From: a virus
Taxonomy: Duplodnaviria; Heunggongvirae; Uroviricota; Caudoviricetes
IMG/VR virus record: IMGVR_UViG_3300013902_000006
Strand: one strand, 5' to 3'
DNA length: 64,000 bases
Part shown: one piece after another, positions 11,201-22,457 of the stretch
Numbering within the stretch: the first letter of the stretch is position 1
Layout of the letters: each line of letters opens with the position of its first letter
The notes under the pieces: model-generated
Told to the model about the DNA's origin: nothing
Database searches by the model: none
The model's input: only the letters and a program-made list of their open reading frames with translations
Program-made: the position numbers and the translations under genes

Positions 11201-14200
11201 GCAATTGAGAAATTCAACAGTCAGTTCTTTAGTGAGTGCGAGACTGTTAATGGGCAGGAAGCATCTATTGGCATAAAGGTAAACCCTAACTCCTGGTGCT
11301 CGAATGACGATGAGAAGAATAGGGATGGTTATGTCGCTTTGGATGTAAGTGGAATCGCCACGCCTTATGACATTATCATAAATTCAACAACGAATTTGTC
11401 TTATTCTGTCTCTGCTAATGACATAACATCAGATAAGATAATAATCAAGGGTGACAAGGCTTCTGCTGAAGAGATAAAGAAACTAACCGATAAAGGTTAT
11501 GTCGTGTTTGATGATATAAAGAATCTCGAAAACAGTGAATATCAATTGACAATTACTGACGCAGATGGTGAGATTACGACATCTACATTTAGGATGATTG
11601 CTTCTTATCTAACATATAAGACTTATGTTGATAAATTCAGACAGCCTAATAATGTCTTACAGTCGGAATACGCTAATATGGCGGCTATTGCTAACGACAA
11701 GAAAGGTTTGGCGAAAGATTTTGCCCAAGTTATCGAAGGCAGTGTGGATAGTCGTGAGATAGGCGGTGTAATAGTCGTATATGATGTATATTTCAATAAT
11801 GATATATTGAAGGATTACAAAGTAGAGATTAAACCTTTGGCTTCTGATTTTACGAATGATGGAAGTTACACGCCTGTCGTTTACAGTAGTAATGGTACTG
11901 TCTCTGGTAATGGTTTCTTGGGCAAAGTCGGTGATTATTTAGTATTTGGTCTCCCTAAGGGCGATGTCAGATATTCTGTAACCGTGACACAACTATGTAA
12001 TGGTATCGACAGCAAGAATAGTGTCGAGAAAACATTATTGGTTGAACAGCCGACCCCTTATAAATTGTATATAAATGATGTCGATTATGACGTAATAAAG
12101 GACGGTTTCGATTGTGGGTGGACTATTAGCGGTAAGACAGATAATATCAAGTTAAAACGAGGTAATTCTGTAAAGGGATGGTTGACTAACTTAGACAACG
12201 TTGATGATTTCATAGTGGACGACAATGGTCTCTTTAAATGGGAGAACAACGATACATATAAGTTGGAATACTATATCGATGATATGGACGATTATAGACT
12301 TAATCCCGACAAATATGCCGATAACATTGAAGAAATGAAGGAAGCACGTCGTCAATTTATCAAGTCGTTTAAAGAAACCTTTTATCTAAGTTGTCCTTCC
12401 GATTCATTGTCGTTAAACGTTTCAGTAAAGACTGATGACTATCCTTATTCGACGGCGATAATATATCGTCCAGAAATGGTATCAGAAGAAGAGGAATATA
12501 ATACGTTTGACGGTTGTGATAGTCGATTATTAACGACGGACAATCAGATTGATGATGTGAAAATACCAACGTTAACCAACTTTGATAACACACGATATGG
12601 AGGTGGTGATAAACTGACTGATGCGAAGATTAAGGACGCTGTATTCGCAAGGGATATAAACAGTAGTTGCAATAAGGAAGCAATTTATAAGCATCCTTAT
12701 TTTGTTGCGGCGGTCAATTCAAAAGGAAAAACCCTTCCGATGACGAATGTCGGTGTAAGTAAAGAGGACAATTCATATAAATTGAATGGAAATATTGCAG
12801 GATATTTTGGTTTCCATATAATTGATAAGATGTTGGTTAATAACATTATCAGTTGGGCATACATTACAGATATACCGTATTTTAAACCTTCATGGCAAGG
12901 TTTTAATGGCAAGAGTGTTGTTGCAAAAGAAGGTCTATTTGCAGGTATCTTGTATAACGGCTCACCTACGTCTGTGGATGTGAATGGCAATACGTTGTTC
13001 GAGTCACAGACATTGGCAGGTGTCACGTTTAATATAACGACAGTCTCTGATGGAACGTCAATGGCGACTAAACGTGTTATCACAGGACCAAATTTATTAA
13101 AGACTTATAAAGGCTATAAGGTCGATGATAAGACCGATGCCTATGTTACCTTACCTCCTGTATCGACAAGAATGAACATCGAGGACAGTAACGGTTGTCA
13201 AATTGATGAGACAATTTTCGGTGGAATGAGAATAACCGCAGGAGGAAGTTCGGTTAATAATCTTATCACTGGTGAAAGGATACTGAAGATAAATTTATCG
13301 AATGCTGACAGTTCGGGCGATACATATTACTATATATATTCAACCGAAGGAGGATTGAACTATCCTATAAACTCAATTGATGGAAATAACTTCATCACAA
13401 TGTATGATGACAGTGAATGGAAAGACGACAATAACGCATATCGTTTGTTTAACTATAAGACTACCAAGACAGTTTTACAGAATCTTGTCGACGAAGGTGT
13501 GAAATCGACGGTTCCGAATACCGAAGATGCATCGCAGACGACAGAATCGCATGGTTATGGGACAACGGGTAGTTTTACCAATATAGGAAAAGGTAAATCT
13601 TATTATGTCGTTGCTGTGACAGAAAATAACTGTAGGGCAATTTCACCAGTGTTTGACTTTGTAAACTTGGAAGGTGTCGTAGAAGTATCGAAGATATATT
13701 CAAAGATAGAGGATGGTACTGAGGAAATTGAGACTGAAGTTCCTGTGGTAGATGAAGAAGGTAAACCAGTACTTAACGAGGACGGCACACAGAAGACTGA
13801 AAAAGTAAAGTCTACTGTTACCAAATACAAAGATATTGAGGATAATATGATTGGCTTCTATATAGATGGACTCAATGTAGATTCAAATAACCCATATTAT
13901 TTCAATAAGTATCGTTATTCCTTGGAGGCAACTTGTGAAATAGATAGCCTTCATAAGGTTACGGCAAGTGGTGATTTGAGTGGAGGTACAAATAGTCCAA
14001 TATATGCGATTACTGACAGTAGTACTTTTGACTTGCTTAATGAGTATACATCTTTACCCCTTAAACTTGGTAATAAATTAATAAAAAAGAAAACAACCTT
14101 CACTGCGGTCGATTATACGAATTTGACTCACATATTCTCAGCAGGAAAAATAGTGAAGAAAGACCGATACCGTATATTATTGTCATTGAACGATCAAGAA

Positions 14201-14737
14201 GGTAAAGGTACATATCATTTTAATGAACAAAATCCCGACGATAGTGACTATACTGATAGGACATTGTATCTTGAGAAAGATGATAAGTATGAATTGCCTT
14301 ATGTATATGATGATGACGGTGCGAAGATAATGTTCTGGACAACTTTAAAAGAAACCAAATGGAACAGTAAGAAGCAAGAAGGTGAAATAAGAATTACACC
14401 TATAGGTAAGGCTACTGTAACTGAAAGTATGATATGGTATGCAGTATGGCGTACGACGGAGTATGTCACATTTACCTGTGATAGTACAAACGGAGGTAAA
14501 TGGAGCGATGATACCACCGATGATTCATTGTCAGAAATTACAGCTTTAGGCAAGGTTACTTGTGAGAAAGGAAATCCTGTTAATAACGACAAGAATGTTA
14601 AGTTCGGCGGTTGGCAGTGTGATGACACGACTGTCATTATCCAAGAAGATGGAACGGTTGTGACTGATCATGCCTGCACCGTTTATCCAAAATGGACAAA
14701 GTCATATACCGTCCGATGGATGGATAAAGACATATAA
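8237..14737 (+). CDS. Giant virion structural protein (2166 aa) with an N-terminal carboxypeptidase-regulatory-like beta-sandwich; putative baseplate hub or fibre protein
   Basis: Uninterrupted 6.5-kb ORF. N-terminus GVIVGRVLANGGVGIPNAKVSIFIE is CarbopepD_reg-like. Asn/Asp/Tyr/Thr-rich. Sits inside the baseplate/tail block. Confidence 0.55.
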   Translation: MNNDLRTYRIRTKVGEDKPTVLKVPLKQTYDTFEILSLKLDQSNSYKYYTSDYGVIVGRVLANGGVGIPNAKVSIFIESDETTADIKKYILYHYSSVQSTDNDGVRYNLLPDEIDEACHQNVGTFPNKRLVLDNKDVMEIFDKYWKYTTVTNEAGDYMLFGIPTGSQQLHVDIDLSDIGIWSQRPRDLIYKGFNINQFDSPNKFKTDTNLNSLSQIYSQDRGLYVYPYWGETTENGDTIGITRCDIQIDYKFEPTCIFMGSIVTDKGNNAIGKNCTGTDLVGKMSDLSTGEGSIEMIRKTLDNKVEQVQIKGNRVIDGDGVWCYQIPMNLDYVMTDEFGNLVPSDNPDRGIPTRTRVRFRISLDEQPNDGSARKRCKYLVPNNPHINDDGFKENLDADYEFGSATREESYCDMFWNKVYTVKNYIPRLQKNSKVTNRKHTGIKLINHYGDNNPMPYNGLSIKLTFTFRLICVLTKAFITLIEFLNIVISLLGTLPCWIGSLKLPLIGRPFKFLLKLIPSCIKLSSEFCDDGINPNVYYPGCTGCVWNKKTRKDCQDYQSKQPKEEQLRCLNSTAQLYTCVENELAQSNDATSFNFYNDWINGSLYAPLWYRKITPKKSFLFGLFKRKAKDEWCSADREFGSFRLMQACAVARPASKMTYANFDGKATTMRIVDGNQCGNKCHETVKNQDVTNGVISPKLTMLGQTVYYYRAVEYDPTATQESNTDVKGAIKTLFATDIVLLGSLNNCDSQGIPQFFKELDSSTYNLPTDILFTDNEIVNSFDDNGNLVDVKYTSNTEMTGCDWGNKNEFGKDDGGLFYGIGCSTIEMQTKSCVNLSRICEFGVSLDESKYVPNLKNLSGDENAYDLLIADGFVSHDELYNLDGRSMFATMNGNRLKTKLNTTNGLREYDFRYLYPESFDGSLEKIMRDKTGRYGNDVNYKNNYNLESASRDYYIFRMGNNPYYYDKEYRFPRYENSFYFYFGLKNGKTAIEKFNSQFFSECETVNGQEASIGIKVNPNSWCSNDDEKNRDGYVALDVSGIATPYDIIINSTTNLSYSVSANDITSDKIIIKGDKASAEEIKKLTDKGYVVFDDIKNLENSEYQLTITDADGEITTSTFRMIASYLTYKTYVDKFRQPNNVLQSEYANMAAIANDKKGLAKDFAQVIEGSVDSREIGGVIVVYDVYFNNDILKDYKVEIKPLASDFTNDGSYTPVVYSSNGTVSGNGFLGKVGDYLVFGLPKGDVRYSVTVTQLCNGIDSKNSVEKTLLVEQPTPYKLYINDVDYDVIKDGFDCGWTISGKTDNIKLKRGNSVKGWLTNLDNVDDFIVDDNGLFKWENNDTYKLEYYIDDMDDYRLNPDKYADNIEEMKEARRQFIKSFKETFYLSCPSDSLSLNVSVKTDDYPYSTAIIYRPEMVSEEEEYNTFDGCDSRLLTTDNQIDDVKIPTLTNFDNTRYGGGDKLTDAKIKDAVFARDINSSCNKEAIYKHPYFVAAVNSKGKTLPMTNVGVSKEDNSYKLNGNIAGYFGFHIIDKMLVNNIISWAYITDIPYFKPSWQGFNGKSVVAKEGLFAGILYNGSPTSVDVNGNTLFESQTLAGVTFNITTVSDGTSMATKRVITGPNLLKTYKGYKVDDKTDAYVTLPPVSTRMNIEDSNGCQIDETIFGGMRITAGGSSVNNLITGERILKINLSNADSSGDTYYYIYSTEGGLNYPINSIDGNNFITMYDDSEWKDDNNAYRLFNYKTTKTVLQNLVDEGVKSTVPNTEDASQTTESHGYGTTGSFTNIGKGKSYYVVAVTENNCRAISPVFDFVNLEGVVEVSKIYSKIEDGTEEIETEVPVVDEEGKPVLNEDGTQKTEKVKSTVTKYKDIEDNMIGFYIDGLNVDSNNPYYFNKYRYSLEATCEIDSLHKVTASGDLSGGTNSPIYAITDSSTFDLLNEYTSLPLKLGNKLIKKKTTFTAVDYTNLTHIFSAGKIVKKDRYRILLSLNDQEGKGTYHFNEQNPDDSDYTDRTLYLEKDDKYELPYVYDDDGAKIMFWTTLKETKWNSKKQEGEIRITPIGKATVTESMIWYAVWRTTEYVTFTCDSTNGGKWSDDTTDDSLSEITALGKVTCEKGNPVNNDKNVKFGGWQCDDTTVIIQEDGTVVTDHACTVYPKWTKSYTVRWMDKDI

Positions 14738-14766
14738 AATTTTAGTTCTTAGATTATTTATGTAAT

Positions 14767-16263
14767 ATGGCAGAGAAAATATATAAGACTGAGACTGTTG
14801 AACAAGGCAATAAGGCAAATTGGCCTAATCAATCCGATTATGTAGAACCTACGAGAAAGGGTTATCTTTTCAATGGATGGGATTATGATTGGAAGAACAA
14901 GGTAATAACCGAGGATACTGATATACATCCAGTATGGGATAAATATACGGTTGTTGCCGATGCGAATAGGACATTAATTAGTGGAGACGGTGATAGTAGT
15001 ACCGATCCCACTAAAATGTTTTATTATCTCAAGACTGATAGCGGACGGATATTATCTGATAATGTTTCTTTTGAAAAGGTCGCATTATCATCTGATGAGT
15101 TGGAGATACAATTCACTGATAATGGCACGACAAAAGAGAGTAATAAGAACGTCAAGAAAGTAACAGTCAAAGAAAATGATGTGAACAAAGATAGATATTA
15201 TCGTTTTAAAGCGAAATACACAAAGGATGATGGAGTCTATTCAGATGTCTGTGAGATAAGACAAGTTGGAAAAGAACAAATTATTTTACCACCTTTCGAT
15301 TATCTGACATTTACTTATAGTTGGACTTCCGATGATGGTCGAGATTTGGATAGTGCAACGGTTGTGAGAAATTCCGGGATATCTATTAATGACATCGAAA
15401 CATTGGATGACTATTATGTCGGCTACGGAGGTAATGGAAACAGCAATGCCACGGTTACTAAATATTTGAAATATGGAGGTGACAATCAAGCATCTGGTGA
15501 CGAGGGTGCGTTGGTTAATTGGAAAGATATTTTGGCAACCAAGGATTATATATCTGATGGTGTCACGACTTTGTATTTAGACATATATGCCAACTGGTTT
15601 AAAATAAGGAAGAACGGAAATTTGTCCATAACGTTTAATACCTATAAAGGAGATGATGGAATGGAACAGAAAGGCTATGTATTTAAACCTACCGGCAATA
15701 CAACCTTGGTGTCAACAAAATCTTTAAAGAATCTTAATGCCTATGCCGCATATGCATATAATGCATGGAAGCCATTAGACCTTATGAAGGAATTTTATAG
15801 TAAGATTGCGACAGTCGAATATGACATAAGGAACAAATCCGCCTTGTTGATTGGTAATTATACAAAGAGTGGCAGACAATTAGAATGTTATGGTTCCTTT
15901 GATGGCGAGGAGATAAATTCGACAAATTATAGTTTATCATATTTTGATAAAAATGCTCATACAGGTCAAGTTAAGATAGGTAAGATAAGGGAAATCTATA
16001 ATGGAATAACATCATATCTAAGTTGGGATGTTAACACCTTGGATTGCATTAAAAGTTACTATAATGGTGCTGATGATGACAGTCTTAAAGTTCAAATAAA
16101 GAGTGACGGAAGTGGTGGATTAATATTGGATTATAATATGCCAACTAATACGGGAACAACAGGTTTAGTCCGTAATGTCGATGTCCGTCTCTCTATGCCA
16201 TATAATGATGAAAAGTATTATACACCTAATGTAACAATAAATTTTTATCAAACTGAAAAATGA
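14767..16263 (+). CDS. Structural protein (tail fibre/baseplate module), unknown function
   Basis: 498-aa ORF in a co-directional structural block with Asn/Tyr/Asp-rich composition. Confidence 0.45.
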   Translation: MAEKIYKTETVEQGNKANWPNQSDYVEPTRKGYLFNGWDYDWKNKVITEDTDIHPVWDKYTVVADANRTLISGDGDSSTDPTKMFYYLKTDSGRILSDNVSFEKVALSSDELEIQFTDNGTTKESNKNVKKVTVKENDVNKDRYYRFKAKYTKDDGVYSDVCEIRQVGKEQIILPPFDYLTFTYSWTSDDGRDLDSATVVRNSGISINDIETLDDYYVGYGGNGNSNATVTKYLKYGGDNQASGDEGALVNWKDILATKDYISDGVTTLYLDIYANWFKIRKNGNLSITFNTYKGDDGMEQKGYVFKPTGNTTLVSTKSLKNLNAYAAYAYNAWKPLDLMKEFYSKIATVEYDIRNKSALLIGNYTKSGRQLECYGSFDGEEINSTNYSLSYFDKNAHTGQVKIGKIREIYNGITSYLSWDVNTLDCIKSYYNGADDDSLKVQIKSDGSGGLILDYNMPTNTGTTGLVRNVDVRLSMPYNDEKYYTPNVTINFYQTEK

Positions 16264-18893
16264 AAATAAAATTAAATAGCAGCGATAGTGTGAATTCTTT
16301 GAATAAAGATACATTCTCCGATTTGGAGTTCCAACAAACTACAAAACCTTTCCACGACTTGCGAATTAAAGAAACAGTCGACCAATATGAGGTATTTAAG
16401 GAAGAGAAAGAGAATTGTAGTAAATACAGGTTAATATTAACTATTAATCCGTATTGCACTAACGTGCTATTTAATACCCTTACTGAGATTGTAAAAGATG
16501 AAGGTTCTGATAAACTGGAAGTCGTAGGTAATGAGAACAATGCAAAATCTTGCAGTAAGGCATATGGAAATGCATCCCCAAATCGTTATCAAATGATAAG
16601 GAACACTGAATACTCAAGGGATGAAATAAATTATGAATATTTACCTGGTTATGATATTTTCAACAATCATATCCTCCGTAATACTTCATTTAAATTGGTT
16701 AACTACAACAACGGTAAAGACCGTGATGTATTTAATACAATAGAAGACTATATGAGATATTCTGACAGTAGTAATGTCAAGTATAAGAAAAGAAATAATA
16801 TATCATCAATAAGCAACGAATATAATCGTCATTTATACTTGGCAGATGATATATTAAATATCACGGATAGTATAAATGCCAATTTATCAGAACAAAACGG
16901 TTGGTGGGGTTTTGTGAATGCCTCGTCATTAAAGAATAAGTACAGGACGAATACCAACAGTGATAAATGGAATAGTCTAGGGATAGAGCATACGATTTGC
17001 AACAAGAAAAACTGCGAGTTCGTTGATATGTATCCTGACCGCACCCTTTATTCGTTCAATCCTAAGTATAATTCTTATAAAAATAGATTGGAATATAATT
17101 GGGATATCTGTATTACTTATCCATCTGAAAATTACTATGAGCATCCATTGGTCAAAAATGCCGAATATGGAATTAATGCATTGAAAATATGTTCTATTGA
17201 CAAAATGGTAGGCACCAATGGTAATGACGTCATTGTGATTAAAACATATGTTAAGCATGGACTGAAGCAAGGAGATAGCATCTGCATATATTTTGATGGC
17301 ATCAGGACAAATCGTCTATTTAAGGTGTATTCATTAGGTGACATAAATGCCAATAATCAAGATTATATTTTCATTATTAATGGTACAAATATGCTCGATG
17401 AAATCGGCGAAATTGACAATAAGAAAGCGGATTACCGTCTAAATAGGGTAGTAAACGGGGTCGAAAGTAAATATTATATAAGGAAATTTTCTAAACTGCC
17501 TAATTTCAAGGCAAGAAAGGAAATATTGACCGATAAAATTGCCTCGACAAATGAAGATTTCAATACTTACGTGAAAGAAAATGCGCTAAAGGATGGAAAA
17601 ATACGTGATTTCGATAAAGAACAGTACCAATTAGCATTCGCAAGCACTGTATATAATGATAACTCGACGCAAATAACATTTACTGATGGAATTGACATAT
17701 CATATATAAGGGATAATTTGGGAAGACCTCTGAGTGAGATGTATGCGACCATTGTCAAGAACAATAAGGGTTATAAAAAATGGTATAATAACGAGAACAA
17801 GCTGCCTACTGATTATAAAAATGAGGATTACGAATATTCTCATTGTTTCGGTCGATTATGCAGTGGTTTTGAAATGATGTACGGTGGTTATCTTGATAGT
17901 GAGAAATATTCTGACGTAAGAAAGTTGAATAATATAACGTCTTATGATAAATGTCTTGAAGGTGACGGTGAGATAAACAAGGATGATGACTTTTTTTATG
18001 GTGATATTGTAGCCTTTAATCCTAATGAGTGTATCGAGACGGTATTGTCAGATGTTTGTTTCCGTTTTAATACTGCACAAAGGGAATGGAATTGTGACAA
18101 AAATAATTGGATAGGTCAATTTCAATATGACGAGATTGCATCGGACGATTATGACTACTCGAATAGTGATGTGAGTTTCAAAGTGGATAAGAAGGAATTA
18201 AACACCGAAGAAAGTTGTGATACCATTAGACCTGAGGGCTATTATTACAAGGCGCATTATAAAATCCCCTTGAAAGGTATGGGTAGTCTCAAACAATCGG
18301 CACATCATACCATTGCTGTTAACAGTTCAAATTGTATTGTCGTCAATAATAAGGTGTTGGTACAAGTAAACACTAAATTACGACATAAGTTATCATCTAA
18401 TGATACCTTGTTGTTCTTCGATTCATTGGAAGATAAGTGGTATTCTACCAAGGTGGTTTATATAGATGGTGAAACCAAGTTTTTTATTGATCCGAATGGC
18501 ATACTTGATGTCGACGGAAATTCGCCGTTAGGCAAACAGGTACCTCAGCTCGAACTTATGAGTTTGCTCAACAATATGGAGAATAACCATATGTCTTTAT
18601 TTAAGAAGAATGAGGAAATACCGTCGTATGCAACACAGATAAAGGGGGAGAATACCTTTTTATGGAGGGACGTTGTTCCTTTGGAAGATTCTGAGAATGA
18701 TGACGGTAATGAATACGTTTTTGCGAACGGATATTATTATATTACGAAGGAAATAAATTTTTATCTCAGAAGACAGGATCCAGAAGGTAAGTTAGGCTTG
18801 TATACAAAAGAAGGCTTCCCTAATGATGTTTATGGAAACATAAAGAAAGAAAGTAATTATGAATATAAGGACGAAACTCACGTGAAATGTTAA
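16260..18893 (+). CDS. Structural protein (tail fibre/baseplate module), unknown function
   Basis: 877-aa ORF with a 4-bp start/stop overlap with its neighbour. Confidence 0.45.
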   Translation: MKIKLNSSDSVNSLNKDTFSDLEFQQTTKPFHDLRIKETVDQYEVFKEEKENCSKYRLILTINPYCTNVLFNTLTEIVKDEGSDKLEVVGNENNAKSCSKAYGNASPNRYQMIRNTEYSRDEINYEYLPGYDIFNNHILRNTSFKLVNYNNGKDRDVFNTIEDYMRYSDSSNVKYKKRNNISSISNEYNRHLYLADDILNITDSINANLSEQNGWWGFVNASSLKNKYRTNTNSDKWNSLGIEHTICNKKNCEFVDMYPDRTLYSFNPKYNSYKNRLEYNWDICITYPSENYYEHPLVKNAEYGINALKICSIDKMVGTNGNDVIVIKTYVKHGLKQGDSICIYFDGIRTNRLFKVYSLGDINANNQDYIFIINGTNMLDEIGEIDNKKADYRLNRVVNGVESKYYIRKFSKLPNFKARKEILTDKIASTNEDFNTYVKENALKDGKIRDFDKEQYQLAFASTVYNDNSTQITFTDGIDISYIRDNLGRPLSEMYATIVKNNKGYKKWYNNENKLPTDYKNEDYEYSHCFGRLCSGFEMMYGGYLDSEKYSDVRKLNNITSYDKCLEGDGEINKDDDFFYGDIVAFNPNECIETVLSDVCFRFNTAQREWNCDKNNWIGQFQYDEIASDDYDYSNSDVSFKVDKKELNTEESCDTIRPEGYYYKAHYKIPLKGMGSLKQSAHHTIAVNSSNCIVVNNKVLVQVNTKLRHKLSSNDTLLFFDSLEDKWYSTKVVYIDGETKFFIDPNGILDVDGNSPLGKQVPQLELMSLLNNMENNHMSLFKKNEEIPSYATQIKGENTFLWRDVVPLEDSENDDGNEYVFANGYYYITKEINFYLRRQDPEGKLGLYTKEGFPNDVYGNIKKESNYEYKDETHVKC

Positions 18894-20785
18894 GATATAA
18901 GTTAAAACTTGATAATAAAGCTGTTGAAAAGGACATTATACCAGTTGATAAAGTTAGTGTCCTTGACCCTCATTCATATGAGGGAAGAGATACTTTATTG
19001 GTTAACTGTCATTATTCGGGTGCTAAGATAAAAAAGGATTCTAAAATATATATCAAGAATACTGTAACCTTACTTGATAATGAAGATGCGCATAATACCA
19101 ATTATGATTATATATTCGATGACGTAATAAAGGCTGCTTCATTGAATGATACAAATCAAACGTTTTCTTTCTTTATCGGACGTTATTACAAATTAGACAC
19201 CGTCACGGTATCCTTGGTACATATTGATGGTGTTGCATATGTATATTTTTATTTTAATGATAGTCATTATTTTACTAAAAATGATATGAATGGCAATATA
19301 ATGGACGAAACAAAACATCCTTACATTATATATGCATCTATTACAGACAACAATGGTGCAAGGTTAATAGTCCCATTTAGTTGTCATTATGTGACGAAAA
19401 CTGTTTTAAGGTGTCAATATGATACTGATAGTACATCATTAAACACCTTGGTTACAACGATACAAGAAAATAATGCCTTTTTTAAGAATGTTACCGTTGA
19501 TGACGTAAATCTATTTTATAGCACGTTGTTCAGTCAAACCATTAATGATGAGGTCGGCGATATAAGCAATGTGGAATTTTATAGGGATAATTTTCTTTAT
19601 CGTTCATATGGTCTTACGTCGGATGAAAGGTTTTACAATGTAACGACGGATTTTTATTATGAAAAACCATTGTTCAATATAGCATTACCTTTCTCTTCAA
19701 TGTTTCAGACTGATTTGGAAAAAGATGGAAATTTAAACGAATATTTTACCGAGACTGAAAAAAAGAAGGCAATAAATTCAATCGTTGATATGGAAAAGGA
19801 TGTATACCACCCTTGTTACATTAAAGATAAAAAATTAATTTATTTAAAATCGTTGAAATTTAATTTACATTTCCGTAATCATACAACCGACGGTAATTGG
19901 ACAACAGACAATGAAAGTTATTGGAACGGGACATACATCTCTAATGGAAAAGTCACTTTGATGGATAATGTGGGTGATAGTGTTATGAAAAATGGCTTCT
20001 TCTCATACGACGATAAATCAGAACAATCTGATCTATTGTCATATTTGGACTTTACTAACAATGATGTGAAATATCGAAAGAATAAACTAAAAAAATCGTT
20101 TCTCCGTCTGTCATTCTATGATTCGATGAATGCATCGGATCAAAACTTATTGGCATATTATACCATATTTTATAATACTGGCAATGCATTCACAAAGTTG
20201 ATGAGACATTTCGAGGAAGAAGATTATAGTTATTCGATGATCAATACGATTAATAGCGAGAACACGAATAAACTTAACGGCATTAGGGTAAATCGTGAAC
20301 CTTATTCAACAAAAGGGATACCTAATGATGAAGATTTAAGAATCAGTTCGCAATTCACGGTAAGTGATAAATATCAATCGAATAATTCAAGCGAGGGTTT
20401 TTATTTATATCTATGGAAGGATAACGACAGTGGTATCATCCCGTCTGATATTTATCTCAAGGTTGAGTTCAATCATGCAGGATATGGTCGTTCCATACCG
20501 ATGATGATGCCCTTTGTTGACCCTAAGAAACATAATGGGACTAACGGGATAAAGTCATTTCAGAATATATTGGATGATTTCAACGGAAACGGTGTCGATA
20601 AGCCTTATGGTATACGACAATATATAAAATATTCCTATATTCATCTAAAATATAAATATGATAAAGAAAATCAATGCCACGCATACTATCTTGATGATAA
20701 TGTTTATGGTAATTATGACAGTTCGGTTAAGGATAATTGCCTTGCGTTAAATCTGTATGAGGCAAAAATAAGTGATAAAGCATAA
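18887..20785 (+). CDS. Structural protein (tail fibre/baseplate module), unknown function
   Basis: 632-aa ORF overlapping both neighbours. Confidence 0.45.
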   Translation: MLRYKLKLDNKAVEKDIIPVDKVSVLDPHSYEGRDTLLVNCHYSGAKIKKDSKIYIKNTVTLLDNEDAHNTNYDYIFDDVIKAASLNDTNQTFSFFIGRYYKLDTVTVSLVHIDGVAYVYFYFNDSHYFTKNDMNGNIMDETKHPYIIYASITDNNGARLIVPFSCHYVTKTVLRCQYDTDSTSLNTLVTTIQENNAFFKNVTVDDVNLFYSTLFSQTINDEVGDISNVEFYRDNFLYRSYGLTSDERFYNVTTDFYYEKPLFNIALPFSSMFQTDLEKDGNLNEYFTETEKKKAINSIVDMEKDVYHPCYIKDKKLIYLKSLKFNLHFRNHTTDGNWTTDNESYWNGTYISNGKVTLMDNVGDSVMKNGFFSYDDKSEQSDLLSYLDFTNNDVKYRKNKLKKSFLRLSFYDSMNASDQNLLAYYTIFYNTGNAFTKLMRHFEEEDYSYSMINTINSENTNKLNGIRVNREPYSTKGIPNDEDLRISSQFTVSDKYQSNNSSEGFYLYLWKDNDSGIIPSDIYLKVEFNHAGYGRSIPMMMPFVDPKKHNGTNGIKSFQNILDDFNGNGVDKPYGIRQYIKYSYIHLKYKYDKENQCHAYYLDDNVYGNYDSSVKDNCLALNLYEAKISDKA

Positions 20786-22409
20786 TACTGGTATGAAAAA
20801 CTATAAATATTCATTGTCACAGGAAGACATATTATCATTTATACCTTCATTATTTCCATATGTCGATTGGAACGATAACAATGTGTGTGAGCTACATTAC
20901 GCAACGGATAACCACAATGGTTCATATGCTCATATCGTGCCTAATATGAAATTGGGTGATGGACGTATATTGTCGTACCGTGAGTTAATGTCAAAGTATA
21001 AAGAAGGCAGTGATGATATCGTAAATTCTTACGTGGAGAAAGCGATTGGAAAGATAACAATTGAAAAAGATGATTTCGGTAATGATTTAACTCTTTTACC
21101 TGAATATGTATATCTTTCAAATGTGGAGTTTCTGTATAATGAGTATCTAAATGTCAAATCATTGTGCGAGAACGGTCACATTGATGACAAACAACAACTT
21201 TGTTGTCTTCGTGAAAAATACCGTAATATGGGTGGCAATACCTTTTTAAACTATCTGAAGACTTTATTACCCAAAGCCAAGGAGATTGCAAATGAATATT
21301 ACACTTATGCGGTAATAGATGCAACTGACTCATTGAAATTGAGATTTAAACTACCATTATTTCAGTCAATAGATGATATCGGTTACATAGATAGTCCAAT
21401 TGAGGAATGGATAGCAGGAAAGATGTATTATAGCGGTGATTGCGTAATTTATGGTAACGACGTATATCGTTGTAAGTCGAAGACAGGGAACAAGGGAAAA
21501 TATAATGATGATACTGAGAGAATTGAATTCAACGAAACTTCTTGGGAATTGGCATCCAAGGATAATTCATCAATGAGAAATGTAACGGGTACAACAGATA
21601 GTAAACTTAAATCATTACGACGTTATACTGAATATATTAATGCTAATGATGAAACCGAAACGCCATCATTCAGTGAAGATTGGTTATTTTTCTATCGCAA
21701 AGGGTATGTGACTAATTACAGAACATTAAACGATGAATATGGAAATATTACGCACACAGGAACTGATTATAAAAATGGCAACGACCTAATGGCATATGGT
21801 GATGTATTGATAGATATTACGTATGATGATAGTAATAAATTAATCTATTTCAAATATGTCTTAGATGCCCATTTGAAAGCGACGTATCAAAAGAGTGAGA
21901 CAGATGATGACGGCAACGTGAAATATATGTTCAGTGATTTCAGTTATGATGAAAATGATAAAACACATGGTGTAGTTTATACGGACGTATATTCTTATAC
22001 TGAAGGAAGTGATATCGATAAATTAATAAAAGGCGGAGGATTTGAGAATTATATTTACGATGGTTCATTGACTGACAGTGATTTTGATATGTTCACTAAA
22101 TTTGAATTTAATACACTATATTCCTCAATGTCATATGAGGTTACCTGTGGCGATATAAAGATACCAATTACATCGACTCTGAGTACTTTTGAAAGCACTT
22201 ATTTAGGCGATACAATTTCCGTCCCTACAATTAGAAGAGATTATTTCAACGGTATTAGTTATGTCCCGTCAAAGGATATCGATGTGGGTATTAATAGGGG
22301 CAATACATCGGCAATGGAGAAACATCTAAAATTCAGTGAGGTTAAAACCCTTGAGGATATGGAATTATTTACAAACGGAGGCTTTTTCATAATGAAGGAA
22401 GATTCTTGA
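20772..22409 (+). CDS. Structural protein (tail fibre/baseplate module), unknown function
   Basis: 545-aa ORF. Confidence 0.45.
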   Translation: MIKHNTGMKNYKYSLSQEDILSFIPSLFPYVDWNDNNVCELHYATDNHNGSYAHIVPNMKLGDGRILSYRELMSKYKEGSDDIVNSYVEKAIGKITIEKDDFGNDLTLLPEYVYLSNVEFLYNEYLNVKSLCENGHIDDKQQLCCLREKYRNMGGNTFLNYLKTLLPKAKEIANEYYTYAVIDATDSLKLRFKLPLFQSIDDIGYIDSPIEEWIAGKMYYSGDCVIYGNDVYRCKSKTGNKGKYNDDTERIEFNETSWELASKDNSSMRNVTGTTDSKLKSLRRYTEYINANDETETPSFSEDWLFFYRKGYVTNYRTLNDEYGNITHTGTDYKNGNDLMAYGDVLIDITYDDSNKLIYFKYVLDAHLKATYQKSETDDDGNVKYMFSDFSYDENDKTHGVVYTDVYSYTEGSDIDKLIKGGGFENYIYDGSLTDSDFDMFTKFEFNTLYSSMSYEVTCGDIKIPITSTLSTFESTYLGDTISVPTIRRDYFNGISYVPSKDIDVGINRGNTSAMEKHLKFSEVKTLEDMELFTNGGFFIMKEDS

Positions 22410-22457
22410 AAAAGAATATATTGATTATTTATATTAAAGTAGAAACATTGGAATATA